From contig JAYWIR010000009.1 of the NCBI GenBank assembly GCA_036172245.1, positions 4,588,001 to 4,652,000 on the forward strand: a stretch of 64,000 nucleotides of DNA. The letters run 5' to 3'. The number at the start of each line of letters is the position of its first letter. Positions within the stretch are counted from its first letter, which is position 1. The DNA comes from Raillietiella orientalis. Lineage: Eukaryota. Below are positions 41,541 to 53,336 of this stretch, in pieces. The notes beneath the pieces were generated by a model, which searched no databases, was not told where the DNA came from, and saw only the letters and a program-made list of their open reading frames with translations. The translations under genes were made by a program, and so were the position numbers.

Positions 41541-42085
41541 ACTCGGGATTCGCCGGGGCGTTTATTATAAAAACAAACTTTAACAAAGACGTGCAGTGGC
41601 TGGACCACTGCGCCAGCCACGCACGAAGAAACACAGAGCCTGCCGGGTCACCGGTTCGCAGACCGGTACGGTCCACCAAGGCAGCAGGGGGAAGGGGGAA
41701 AACAAAAAACTAAACAAAAAGAAAAAGTGGGAGGGTACGGGAAGGAATCACTGTTGCTGCTGGGGCCGTTGCATCCTTCGCAGGATGCCGGCAAGCTCTT
41801 TCTGTATTCCAGGATCCAGGTGGGGCCATCGCGATGCCCTCCTCAAGAATTCGGCGGCATGCTGGATGGCAATCTTATAGCGAGGTCCTCCCGTAGCCTT
41901 GCTCCAGGCGGCGACGATCCCGCGTAGGCAGCACAGGGCTGCTAACGAGGCCGCAGGCCGAAGTGCGTCGGCAACGAAGAGGGCTTTGAGTGCGTCCCTG
42001 GGGTCTCCGCAGGGGATTCCGATGGCCGCGGCAAAGAGGAACCAAAGGGGCCGGAGGGCAACACAATCCACAAGCAGGTGGGGGT
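41541..42085 (-). mobile_element. 5'-truncated non-LTR (L1/Tx1-like) retrotransposon 3' end, copy A
   Basis: Encodes HLLVDCVALRPLW...ALRPAASLAALCCLRGIVAAW...LAGILRRMQRPQQQQ* (stop at 41748), colinear with copy B. T-rich 3' UTR and AATAAA at 41566-41561. Confidence 0.75.
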
Positions 42086-44350
42086 TGCCACCCGGGTATG
42101 CCCGGGGAATTTATTAAAAACTCTACATTACGTGGTACTAGGCCCCACTAACGGCCACACAACACCGGACCTGCCGGGTCGCTGGGACGCAGCCCGGCGT
42201 GACGCTCCTCGGCAGTGGAGGGGGATGGGGGAGAAAACAAAAATAAAAATAAAAAATAAAGAAAAACAAAAAGAGTTTGGAGGGGGGGGAAAGGGATCAC
42301 TGTCCACTGGGAGGAGGGCCCATCCTTGGCAGGATGCCCTCGAGGTCCATCCGTATTTCACCCAGCTGGGGCCATCCTGCAGCTCTCTGCATGAAGCGTT
42401 GTGCATATGGGATGACATCCCTCGCGTTTAGGTCCACTTCTTCGTCGCGGGTATCGCTTCAGGCCGCCACGATGCCTTGGACGCAGCACAGGGCTGCAAG
42501 GGCTGCTGCTGGCTGCAGGGCGTCCCGCACGAAGAGGAGGCGGAAAACGTCTCTGGGTGCACTGCCCGTAGGGAACCCGAGGGTCGTCCCGAACCGTTCC
42601 CAGAGAGGTCGGAGGGCAGCACAATCCACAATAAGGTGGGGGAGGGACTCCAGTTCCCCACAGCTAACACAGTTGGGATCGAGCGCTCCCCAGGTCCAGT
42701 GGTGTCGGCGGGCGTTGCAGGGGAGCCCCCAGTGCTGCAACAGGAGAGCCGACTCCTGCCATTTTAAGGGGAGGGTGGAGCCACCATCGTTTGAAGACCC
42801 AGTCGCCGAATTCGTTTGCACCACTGCCTCCAAGAAAACCCCACTGAGCTGAGCTTCCGCAAATGGCCAAAGACTGGAACGAGAATGCAGGCTCTTTGAG
42901 ATTCCCCGTGATCACGCATCTCTCTATATAGACTCGGGGTGCACCCGGTTCGCTGGATGCCTTAGCCATCGTTCTACACTACGGGAAGGATGTGTCTCGT
43001 TGTCAGATCTCGGCGCGTTCTGCTGTTTCGCGAGACGCGGCGTCGGGGCTGCCGCAACTGCCACCATGAAAGAGTTGGGCTTTCCGTAGTCTTCAGCAGG
43101 CACGATGAACTACCTGATTCTTACTACGGGACCGCTTTGGTTTTCCCTCTAAGAGCACCCAAAGAAAGAAAAAAAACGATACACCCTCTTGCAGTGCATC
43201 AGGAGGATACCGGCGCTCCCTTCGTGGAGCCGAGTTGTCGCACTGTGGTGGGAGGTGGTGGGAAGGAGCGTGGATCCCGAGGGAGCGAGGCGATGGGTCG
43301 GCTGCTGCGCAAGCGTGCAGCATCTCGCGGCGCAATCATGCAGCAACAGCTGCTTCGTCTATGGTGATAACAGCCTTGGACCTTGATCTCTGAGAAGATG
43401 TGGCGAAGGTTTCCTATTCGCGGCAATTTTATCAACTCATCCGCTCTTACAGATCACGGACACAAAATTGCGATTCTTGTTCTTCGCTTGGCTGATTTGA
43501 TAAAATCTCCAGCTTACCGTTCTTGCTGTGAGATGCACCGCTGCTCTGTTTAACGGAAAATCCGATTCCCACACTCACGAACCAGCCTTTTCAACAACTC
43601 TTCCTTCTCTGCGCTTGCAGTGTCGTAGGCACTGTGCATCCTCTGCCGTTGAACTGACCCCTTTCTTTCACGATTTTTGAGCACGGGCTTATAGCTGTCA
43701 CAGGGATCGTCCGAAATAAAAGATCTTTGGAGGACGGAAGACCCACTCCAACGCGCTCTTGGAGCTGTCTACTTCCTGTTGTTGCTTTTGCTTCCCGTGG
43801 GCAACAATCTGCCTTCCTTTCCGTTTTCCAGACCTAACTCTCCCCCTCCGCACGATCCCATTGGTCCTAAAAATCCCCGGGTGCTCAATGACCGGGAACA
43901 TAACCCACAGATCCCATTTCAACGATAAGCAGTGTGACTAGTCGGTTCGATGCTGAGCTACTCTCTTATTGGTTGCATCAGATACTGCAAGTACAAGTGC
44001 GATGCAGACCTCGAGAGCCGCCAAGGCATCTTCGTGTCAACACGGAACTTGTTCTTGGAACACATCGGAGGCGCGTCTGCACTCAATCTGATTCCACGTG
44101 CGTTGCACTGTCCATCTAATCACTATGAGGGACACCAAAAGCTCTGGACTGATGCTTAACCCAGAGGGAGATAAGCAGGGACGAGAGATGCTGCACCAGA
44201 AGCTAACCAACGAGACTGCAAACAAGCAACCCTCCAGGATGATCAGAGGCGAAGAGAGTAAATCTCTAGCAATGGGCTGGAGGAAATTGCGTTCATTTTG
44301 CATTGATGGAACCTCAACTGCTTGAGGTCACAGCAACATTCAAAGTGCCA
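42086..44350 (-). mobile_element. Decayed L1/Tx1-like ORF2, copy B (zf-RVT C-terminus clear; upstream endonuclease/linker remnants weak)
   Basis: CVSCGELESLPHLIVDC fits the zf-RVT CxxC..E...H....C motif of L1-clade ORF2. Premature TGA at 42459 where copy A has Trp; natural stop at 42297; AATAAA at 42115-42110. Upstream fragments ERNFLQPIARDLLSSPLIILEG and WRFYQISQAKNKNRNFVSVI loosely recall L1 endonuclease and linker motifs. Confidence 0.75.
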
Positions 44351-44479
44351 AAGAAAAGCTCCTCAGGGGCATGGATTCCAGAGAGCGAACGAGCGGTCTC
44401 TGTTACGCGTTCCCACCCATTTAGCGCGCTGTCGGATGCTGTAGTGTGAGGTCGCAACAGAATGCTGCTGCCGTGGGGC

Positions 44480-46460
44480 TGCGTGGGATGCTGTGAGCTA
44501 AGGTTGGCTCACTGCTCCCGCGAGCACACACGCCACGACAAGTCGTTTCGCTTCCACGCCATTCAGCCGCCTGTTCCAAACGCGCGTCGCCTGGAAGCAG
44601 CCGGACGATGCTTCTCGGCATTTTCTCAGGGCGAGAGGCTTGACACCGCGACGCCTGGTGGTGGTGGGGCGACTCTGGACGCGGGTCTGTCCGGAGGGGA
44701 ACGTTGGAAAGCCTCGCGCGGCGCGGAACCTTCGCCTGCAGGGCCGGTCTAAGGAGGACAGTCGACGGTCGGCAGACTCCGCTGCTGCAGCCGACAGCTT
44801 GCGCAGCAGCAGACCCAGCCGACCTCACTCCCTCGGGATCCACGCTCCTTCCCACCACCACCCACCACGGTGCGACAGCTCGGCTCCATGGAGGGAGCGC
44901 CGGTATCCGCCTGATGCACTGCAGGAGGGTGTATCGGTTCGCCTTCCTCTCCGACAGGTCGCAACCTTCGCCAGCGCCGGATTTCTCCAGGCTGGGCATG
45001 CAGAGGGGGCATTCATGGGATTCCTCGAGCTCAGCACGTTCCGTTACGAGGAAGTGCACCTCGGAGCGGCGTCCCGGGCTGCGCTATGCGCGGTCCGTCC
45101 GTCGGAGGAGGCAGGCAGAAAAAGCGGCGTTGGATCTCCGTTCGAGGTGGCGGCGAGTTCCTTTTGTCCGAACGAACCGCGAGTCAGGGAGCGCCTTCGC
45201 TGCTCCCCCTCCTCACAACCGTCCCTCGCCCTTCGCCTGAACAGGGGTCCGTAATGCCAGACTACGGCAGGAATGCACTCCAATTCCGGCGGCGGCGGTG
45301 CCTCACGACGCGTCTGCGAAAAGAACGTTCTCTGGTGCCATCCCGTACGCGACCCACTGCGATCGGCCGTAGGATGGGAAGGACAGGCATTCCTTTCCCC
45401 CCCCCTCCCCCTCCCCAGTGCCGCAAGACTGCAGAGCTTTGTGGCAGATGGCTCCCTTGCCGGAACAGCATTCGTCGTGGATCTCCTGCCGCCCAACGAG
45501 CTTCACGGCATAGGCGGCAGGAGACCCTCGATGCATGAGCATGCCCTGTCGACGGCATCTTTGATGACTGGTCCCATTCGGGAGTTCCCCTGCATGGAAT
45601 CCGGAGGAACTGATGCTGGTGGGTCCTGGAGACTGCCACACTGCTGGCTGCAGCCCTGTCCTCCCTTCGAGGGCATTCGGACGGCAGGAGAACTGCTCAG
45701 CCAGTAGAAGATGCTCTGCGCCATCGCAGGCACCGAGAAGCTCCTGAGATCCTGGGGGCTCAGCCACCGCCTCGCAGGGAACCAATCATCAGGCGGCCAT
45801 TCCGTTCAGACCAACTCATGTCGCCCGCCGCATTCTCGGACCGGTCGGATCCTCCGCTGAGCTGGCAGCACTCTCGACTGCCCTCTGTATCACACTGGGA
45901 CTTTCCGCGTGGCCGCTGCACCGCCGCTGCTGGGGAGGATGCACGGAGACGTCCCCGTTCGGCCTCATGGGATGCGCGAGAATACGAAAGGACCGCCGGC
46001 TCGCTCTGGAAACAAGAGCTCCCCAAGAAAGGTGCCGCTGGCTGGCTTCCTTCGCCCATGCGGTCAACGCGCAGGTGGTCAACGGCTTCGCTGCGCCACC
46101 GCTTGTCGCTGGGTATCGGCGCACCCGTCCCAGTCGGTCCGATGCCGATCGTGAGCTGCGTCGAGCGGCCTCCCCATGGCAAGCGGTGGGGCGGCAGCGC
46201 GGAGGATGGGAGAGACAGGCAGGGTACCTGCTTCGTCCTTGCAGCGATGGACGAGGTGGCAGGCAGGCTGCAGGGGGAGGACGAGGCAGGAAGGCTGAGG
46301 AAGATCACATACGACGCAAAAGCTCCGGTGAATCTCTGCCCCCACTTTCACTCCCGTCAAGTGGAAGTCCGTTCATCCATCCAGCCCCCCCTCCTTCACC
46401 CCATCGATTCTCTTGACGCAGCCCACCTGCGAGTTCGCGTACCTTGGATCTGGCAGTAGA
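44480..46460 (+). mobile_element. Decayed ORF2 C-terminal half of the same non-LTR family, copy C (opposite orientation)
   Basis: Frameshifted peptides HSVQTNS and PPLSWQHSRLPSVSHWDFP parallel copy B (AVVQTNS; LPLKWQESALLLQHWGLP). DNA ~44797-44936 is a close inverted match to ~43176-43314. Boundaries approximate. Confidence 0.6.
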
Positions 46461-49400
46461 GCACATTTACTTTGCCCACCCAGAGGAAGTGCTCGCAGGG
46501 GGGAAAGAAGGGGGGAAGAGAGGAAGGGAGAGAGTCTTTCGGGATGCTGGACCGGGGGCAGAATCACTGAGGAACCGCTCCCGCCCTCACGGCTCCGAAC
46601 GAGATGCTGCTGCTGCTGCCCCCCCTGTGGCCTCGCCTGCACATCGTCATCCCCTTCCTTGCCTACTGCCCCTTTGCGACAGTTTCCAGTTGCTTTAAGG
46701 GGCATGTTGCTGACGGGAGAACGAGGAGAAGGTGGAGATCTCTTTCGGCAGCAGCCAGTGGAACCGTATGTCGGCGAATCGCGACCCAAAGCAAGTGAAG
46801 TCCCGACTCGCCCTGGGGCACTTTCGAGGAGCAGCCGACGGTGCCGGCTCCGGCCGAGAAGGCGTGGTTGGAAGGATTGGGAAGATGGACGGGTAAGGTC
46901 GCTCGGGTTGTCTTCGCTGCCAAGATCAAAGGGTGGCGAGTCAGCCACTGAACCATTTCTCCCCACCCACCCCGTCTTCACTGATCCGTCTGGAGTTGAC
47001 CTGTTCAGACCCAGGAGACCTTCCCCTCCTGGCTTCAAGGGACTCTTTGACTTGACATGAGAGTACCCTGGGCGGCGGGTACTCTCTGCATTGCTCAGGT
47101 TACGCTCGCCCGACCAGGCGCGGTGCAGCGAGAGATTAGGAGAGCCGAGGTCCTCCCAGGCTACGGGGAAGTGGCAACCTTGGAGGAGCTCCCTCCCTCC
47201 CACGTCTGCTGCAGTTCCAGGAACTGCAAGAAACTCTAAGAGGAAGCGTTCCGCGGGAATCGACCTTCCCCTGTGTCAGGGGTCTCAGTTTCCCCAAGAG
47301 CTTCCTCTTCCTTCCCCCCTTCCGTCCTCCCCCTTGCGTTACAAGAGAACTTTTTGGAGAAAGGCCAAACCAAGAGCTCCTTGAGGAGAGAGGGGCTTCC
47401 AGGAAACCTGGCCGTCTCCGGGTCTCCCCAGTATCACCACTCCTTCCTCGGGGAATTTTAACGCTCGGTCGCCTAGCGACCACTGTTGTGCGCATGGCTT
47501 TGGAGCGAAGCGCAGCCAGCCGGAAAAAAAAAACGGAGATGAGACGGCGCGCCAGGAAGCGGAAAGGCGTCCAGAGTAGGTGGGTGGGAGAGAGAGAGCT
47601 CAGTCTCACCTCGCGCAGGGGCCCTAGCCCTGGAGTCGGCGGGGAGCCAGAGGAGGACAATCGGTGGCTACTGTCGCTCAGACGACCCCTTCCCCTCTCT
47701 CGAGATCGACAGAGGAGAGGGAGGAAGGTGGGGGAAGAGGAGACATGCATCCATACTCATTGCAGAGGGCTCCTCCCCTGATGCGCGTGCCGTCAGCGGA
47801 AGGTAGCCCCTGTCGGGTGGATGCCGAAGGGGTACTCGGAGGAAGTCCCCTGCCCTCCCTAGAGGAACCACCCGGTGGGGTTCGCAGGCCTCGGCTGCAG
47901 AGGGAGGGAGGAGAGCAGGCTGGTGGAGGCCTGATACACGAATGGGTACGCAATCCGGATGGGAGAAAAGGGGAATTGGGAAGCCCTAAGGCTTCCTAAG
48001 GCGTGAGGGCTAACGTATGAACGGATTCCTTCGGACGGGGAGGCGCCACCCCCGCAAAATGGTCCTTCGCGCGCCAGAAACTGATCAGCACCCCGCAGCT
48101 GCGCCAGCCTCCCCGAGCCGCCACGGTCGTTCCCCAACCGACCAAAAAGCCATCACAGAGGTCTTTCCTCTTTCGCGGAGGTGCGGCGGCTTCGCCGATG
48201 CACCTTCCCGCCGGCTGCAGCCCGCTAGAAAACTCTCCAGGGGCGGAGACTACCCTCTGGAAGGGAGACGATGAAAGGAGGATAGGAGGGGGAGCAGGAG
48301 CCTCAACAACGAGCATCCTCCCTCTTCCCGCGTGCACGAGAAGGTCCAGAGCAGGTCGAATGGCCTCAGGATTTCCGGAAACCAGGCGAAGAGCGGACCG
48401 TGTCGAGACAATCAAGTCAGGAAGAAGGCGACCGGGCCTCCGACCAGTCTGGTCACCCCTTCCTCGCGGTCCACAGCCTCAGGAGGCTGGAGCAGCGGGC
48501 ATGGACGGTGGGGCGTCCTCGCCGCCGTCCGGTTGCAGCCGGTCGGAACCAGTCTTGTGGCAGAAGAACTGTTGCAGCCGGACGACACCATGATACCCCC
48601 TCGTGACTTGCGGCCACGCCGCTTCTTCGCGCCGGGGTGGATCCTCTCGTCCGATGCTGCGATCGCATGGCCTCGTGTTGCATCCGTGAAGCCGCCATGG
48701 TCCCTTGCTAAGAGTTGGAGTCCTGCTTGCAGCCGAACCTGCACAACCGAAGACGCGTCTTGGGGTTGTCGCATCTTCGGTTGCGAGGAAGGCGGAAAGC
48801 CGGCAGCCCCACCCGAACCAAAGAGTTGCGAAGCTCCCTCTAGCCTCGAAGGCTGTGGTGAGAGTGGATTTTATGCTGCAGGTAGGAATTCCCTTCCCGG
48901 GTGACCTGCCTATCCCTTCTCCCCCTTCAACGTCCACTTGTTGCTTTCCTCCCTTGCAAGCTCCGGCCTCTGCGGATACAGCCGACCTAGAGTCCCTGAA
49001 CCCTCGTAAACGGACCTCTTTGTCTCCTCGTAGGGACTCATCTTCCCTGCTGTTTTGTTAACGTCCCGGGACGAGCGCGTGGTTCCCAGGGGAAGCTGGG
49101 AAAGGCGCACCGCCGGCTTGCGGGTCCCCAAGGCGGAGGGAAAGCGAGCTCGAAGGATCGAAACTTCCTCGTCCTGGAGCCACAGGCGCCGGAGGGGCGA
49201 TGACAGAAAAGGGTCGGCCGATCCCTCGATCCCCTATCCGCGGCCGAGGGAGCACGGTGGAAGGCCCGGGCACAACGTGGACGAGGAGTCCGGACAAGGA
49301 GGCACGCGGAGCCGATGGATCGTCCCTTCCAGGGGGGATAGCTGCGCCGGCAACCCCACAGGGGGGAGTTTTCGAGGCGGCGACTGCGGCGGACGAGACT

Positions 49401-50849
49401 GTGCTGCCGCAATTGCCGCGCGAGGAGGTCGCGCTCCTCGCAGAGACGAGGGGGAAGGGAGAGCTGGGGGGGGGAGGTGGCGAAGGGGGAGGGGAATAGG
49501 ATTTTGCGAGATGAAAATCGCTCTTCCCGCTAGGAAGACGCGAACTGCGGAGGCAGCAGCACGCAAGTCCGATGCCCGAGGGCAGTCGTCGTTGAAAGCG
49601 TCGCAGCTTCTTGGTGCGCAGGGAGCAGGAAACCGAGGCGGCGGCGCTGACGCAGGGGACGGGAAACGAAGACGACCGTCGAGCGCGTGGGAAAATTCGG
49701 TGACCAAGGGATGAGCGCCAGTGGAAAGCCGCTGGCCGCGAGGCGGATGACGAATCGTGCGGTTTTTCACAGGGAGGACGCGGACAACGCGATGATTACA
49801 CACTCCCTCGGACTAGGCGGAGGTGTAGCGAGAAGCGTCCTTTCGCAACCGCAGCAACTTCGTTCGCGCCCGCGCTCGCGGAGGGGGCGCTTTTAATTGC
49901 CTACGGGACCGCGTGTAGACGGAAACACACGAAAAACAAGCGAAGAAAAACACACGGTAAAGGGAGGGAGAGGCAAAGTTTAGAAAGCAACTGGAGATCT
50001 GAATAACTCTCACCCTTTCTTCCTTGTTTTCCCCTAAGACGGGAAGAAGCCCCACGAAAAAGCAGGTAGCATGGGAGGAGGGCACACACCAAACGTCGCT
50101 GCTCGCGGACCCTCGGACAACGCGACGACCAACGGTTGCCAACGTAAACAAGCGCGAGCGGCTCTGGCGGCGGAACCGGCAACGCACGTGGCCGTTGTCC
50201 GGCTCTCTTTTTTTGTTCGCCTCTTGCTGCTGCTTGGGAAGAGGGAGGGGATGGGGAGCAGGGAGGAAGGGAAGGCGCGCCCCCCATCGGTCGCGGCGTT
50301 CGCCCATGGCAGGTTTCTCGGCTCGGAGGAGAGGAGGGAGGAAGAGGAAGGGGAGGTGGAGTCTGGCAGGGTCGCTGGGAAAGACCCGCCGCCGTGGGAA
50401 CGGGGCGCACCGCGGGAAGGGACGAGGGTCTCTCCCCCGCCCCTCCCGGGCGCCACGACACCTCCGGACGCGCAGGAGGGGCGGAAGAGCAGCCCTCGAG
50501 GATGCGGAAGGGGTGCTGCCGTCTGCGGGCAGGTCGTCCCAAGCGAGGCTTGCGGCGGCCGCGGTGGCCGTGGTTATCCGGGGAAGCAGACGAGAGGGCG
50601 GCGGAGGGGAGCAGGCAACCGGTGGCGACCAGCTAGGCGGGGCGGATCTTCGCGACGTCTCGCCCTGGAGGGAGCGGTCCATCCCATCCCATCGGCGGGA
50701 GGCAGCGACCGTGGGTATGAATCCCGACGCGGGTGCTTCCGAACGACGCTCCCGCAGGCGGACGGCCGCCGTTGACGGCAGAGCAGCGGAGGTGCCCCGA
50801 GGTTCGGGAAGGGTTCTCCCTCACCCCACCCCACTCCACCTCCCCAAGG

Positions 50850-51560
50850 TGGTGGAGCCACCGGAGTTCCCGGGCGGCGGCGCGGCGGACGGGCGCAAGG
50901 GAACCGCGAGGGGTCGTTGCTCTCCGCGCGCGCGGCGGCGGCGCCACGGGCCGTCCGGCCGTCCACGAGGGGGCATTGAACTGGCGGCCCCCATCCGGCG
51001 GAGGGCCCGAGGGGAGGGAGGGGGGCAGTAGCAGCTCGTGGCACGCCGCCAGGCCGGAGCGGCGAGCTCGCGAAGTAAGGGAAGGCGTGGCTTCGGCCTC
51101 CGCTTCCCCTGCCCCCCCTTGACCCCCGGGTGGGGCGGGGCCCGCGCGGGCTCCGCCTCCCCGCGCGCCCGCGGAGACGGAGACGGGCGCGCGCGCGCGC
51201 GCGCGGGCGGCCTCGGCGGGGAGGCGCGCGCGCATTCGCCGCCGTCGGACGCGCGCGCCGGTGACGACCGCCAGCCGCTGCCGCCGCTGCTCCGTCGGAC
51301 GCCGTCGAAGAGGCCCGGCGCAGCCCCCCCCAGGCTCGCCGCCGCGTGCGATGCTCCGGATGGGACGCCGGTCGAGACCGAAACCAAGGTAACCGCTGCT
51401 GCTGCTGCTGCCCCGGGCGGGTCGCGCGCGCCGCCGCTGCCGCTCCGACATGGGAGGGGAAAGGGGGAAGGGAGGCGCCACGCACCCCCCTTCCGTCTTC
51501 CCTCCCTCACCCCCCGGGACCCTCTCGCCGCGCCTCCTCCGGCGCGTTGGCCGCTCTCCT
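50850..51560. other. Extreme GC/CpG-rich island
   Basis: Roughly 80% GC by eye, with (CG)n runs near 51187-51204 and a (GCT)n run near 51395-51411. Confidence 0.7.
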
Positions 51561-53163
51561 TCCGGAGAAACCCGGGGAAGGAAGGAGCGTTGCCCGTAAA
51601 GACGAGGAAGCCGGCCATCCTTACGACCCTTCCTCGACCACCCGGAACGTCCCGAGAGACCCCGTGGGTCGGAGGGAAGGGGAGAAGGGGAGGGAGGAAT
51701 CTCTTGCCCCCGTTCCCCCGTCCTCCCGCTTTGCCCCGTGGGCAGCCTGCGAGGGGCTCTCCCTCGCGTCCCCGGAAGGGCGGAAGGGGGAGGCACAAGA
51801 GAACGCCGGAACTGCATTAAGATGGCGATAGGGTCGGGGAGGGAAGCAACTCGGGAACGGAAAGGGTCGGCTCCCGCCTTTCCTCCCTCGCCTCCTAAGG
51901 GGGTTCGTCCCGCTCCTTCCTCTCTCGGCTCGCCTGTCCCTCGAGGAGGGAAGGGGGAAGACAGCGCCCAGGGGATGGGGGGACCGCCGCGAACGCGTCC
52001 CGCGGGGGAGCGGTGGGATGAGACGAGGGAGGTGGGTGTCCTGGTTCGATCCCGCCGGGAGTCGACCGGGAGGGCAGGGAAGAGGACGCTTTGGCTGGAC
52101 CCGACGCTCGGCCTCCTGGGGACCGACGAGGGGTGAGGGGAGGGAGGAGGAGAGTCCAGGAGCTTCCGCTCCAGGCGCCCGACCTGGTCCGCGCGGGAAC
52201 GCTGCAGACGGGTCGGCACGATGACCTCGCCGCCGCCCGAGGGACACCCTGGAACGGTGGGTTCGGGAAGAAGTCCTATCCCCTCACGCCTCCACCCAGT
52301 GTTGGGGGGGTCGGAGGCGAGCCGGGTGACTCGATCCAGCCTAGCCTCCAGATCTCGTCGAAGGCGGAGTAACCGCGTCTGGAGAGGGGGGCCGCCCCCG
52401 CGCCCCGGAGGGCTTCTCCCGGCGGGCAGAGCAGCTCCGACTCCGTGACCTGACCCCTGCCGGAACGGCGCCGTCTCCCTCCCCCTCCCCGCCTCCGCCC
52501 CCGGATGACAAGATGAAAGCAGGAGAGGTGGCTCGGAGGCTGGACGGAAGCGCCTCTACCGTGACCTTCCACGGGAGGGCACCGCAGCCGCAGGCGGGAC
52601 CGAGAAGGGGAACCTTGGGAGCCGCCTCGGGCGAAGAGTCCGCGCGCGCGTGTGCGGAACGCCCGACGACGACACCTCGGAGGTGCTGCGACCGCCCGCC
52701 ACCGAAGGGTGCGGCGGGTGCCTTCACGCGGCAGCGATCGAGCGTGACGAAGTGCGTGCGACCTGTGGGGGGGGGGGACAGGGCGTGGTCATTAGTTCCT
52801 GGCTGTCTGGAAGAGTGGGACGAGGAGGGACACACCACCGCCGCTCCGGACGAGGTCTCCGGGCACACGCGAGCGAAGGGGGTTGCGGAAACCGAACCCG
52901 CGCCTCCCCCTTTCCTTCCGTCTGGGAGGCATTCCTTCCCATCCCGCCGGCTCTGGGACCCGCCTTCCCAGCTGGACTTCCGCGTCGGCCTGCCAGGAGC
53001 TGTCGAGCGCTCTCCGGGAAACTCCGCCCTGCAGGGGACGGCTGCTCTCCTGCCGAAGGCCCTTCGACCACCGTTCGTGGAAAGTAGAGGGATGCCGGGC
53101 GACATCTCCACATACCCTTTCGCTCCCCAGGGCGAAGTTATCCTTCAGGAGAAGAGAGAGCGA

Positions 53164-53336
53164 TTTCCCTCTTCCTCCTCCTTCTCTTCCCCCTTTCCTC
53201 CTCCTCCTCCTCTCTCCCCTCCTCTCTTCTTCCTTCTCCCTTTCTCTTCCCCCTCTTTCTCTTTTCCTCCTCCTCCTAACTTCTCTCCCCTCTCCTCTCC
53301 TCTCTTCCTCCTTCTCTCTTCCTCTTCCCCCTTTCT
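53164..53336. repeat. 173-nt polypyrimidine/polypurine tract
   Basis: Only C/T on the plus strand apart from two A at 53278-53279. Confidence 0.95.

Noticed and set aside
52043..52053. B-box-like GGTTCGATCCC (similar GTTCGAATCC near 60448) as tRNA or SINE
   Set aside because: No paired T-stem, A-box or cloverleaf around either site.
50800..52500. Resemblance of the GC-rich block to rDNA spacers or expansion segments
   Set aside because: I found none of the conserved 18S, 5.8S or 28S core sequences.
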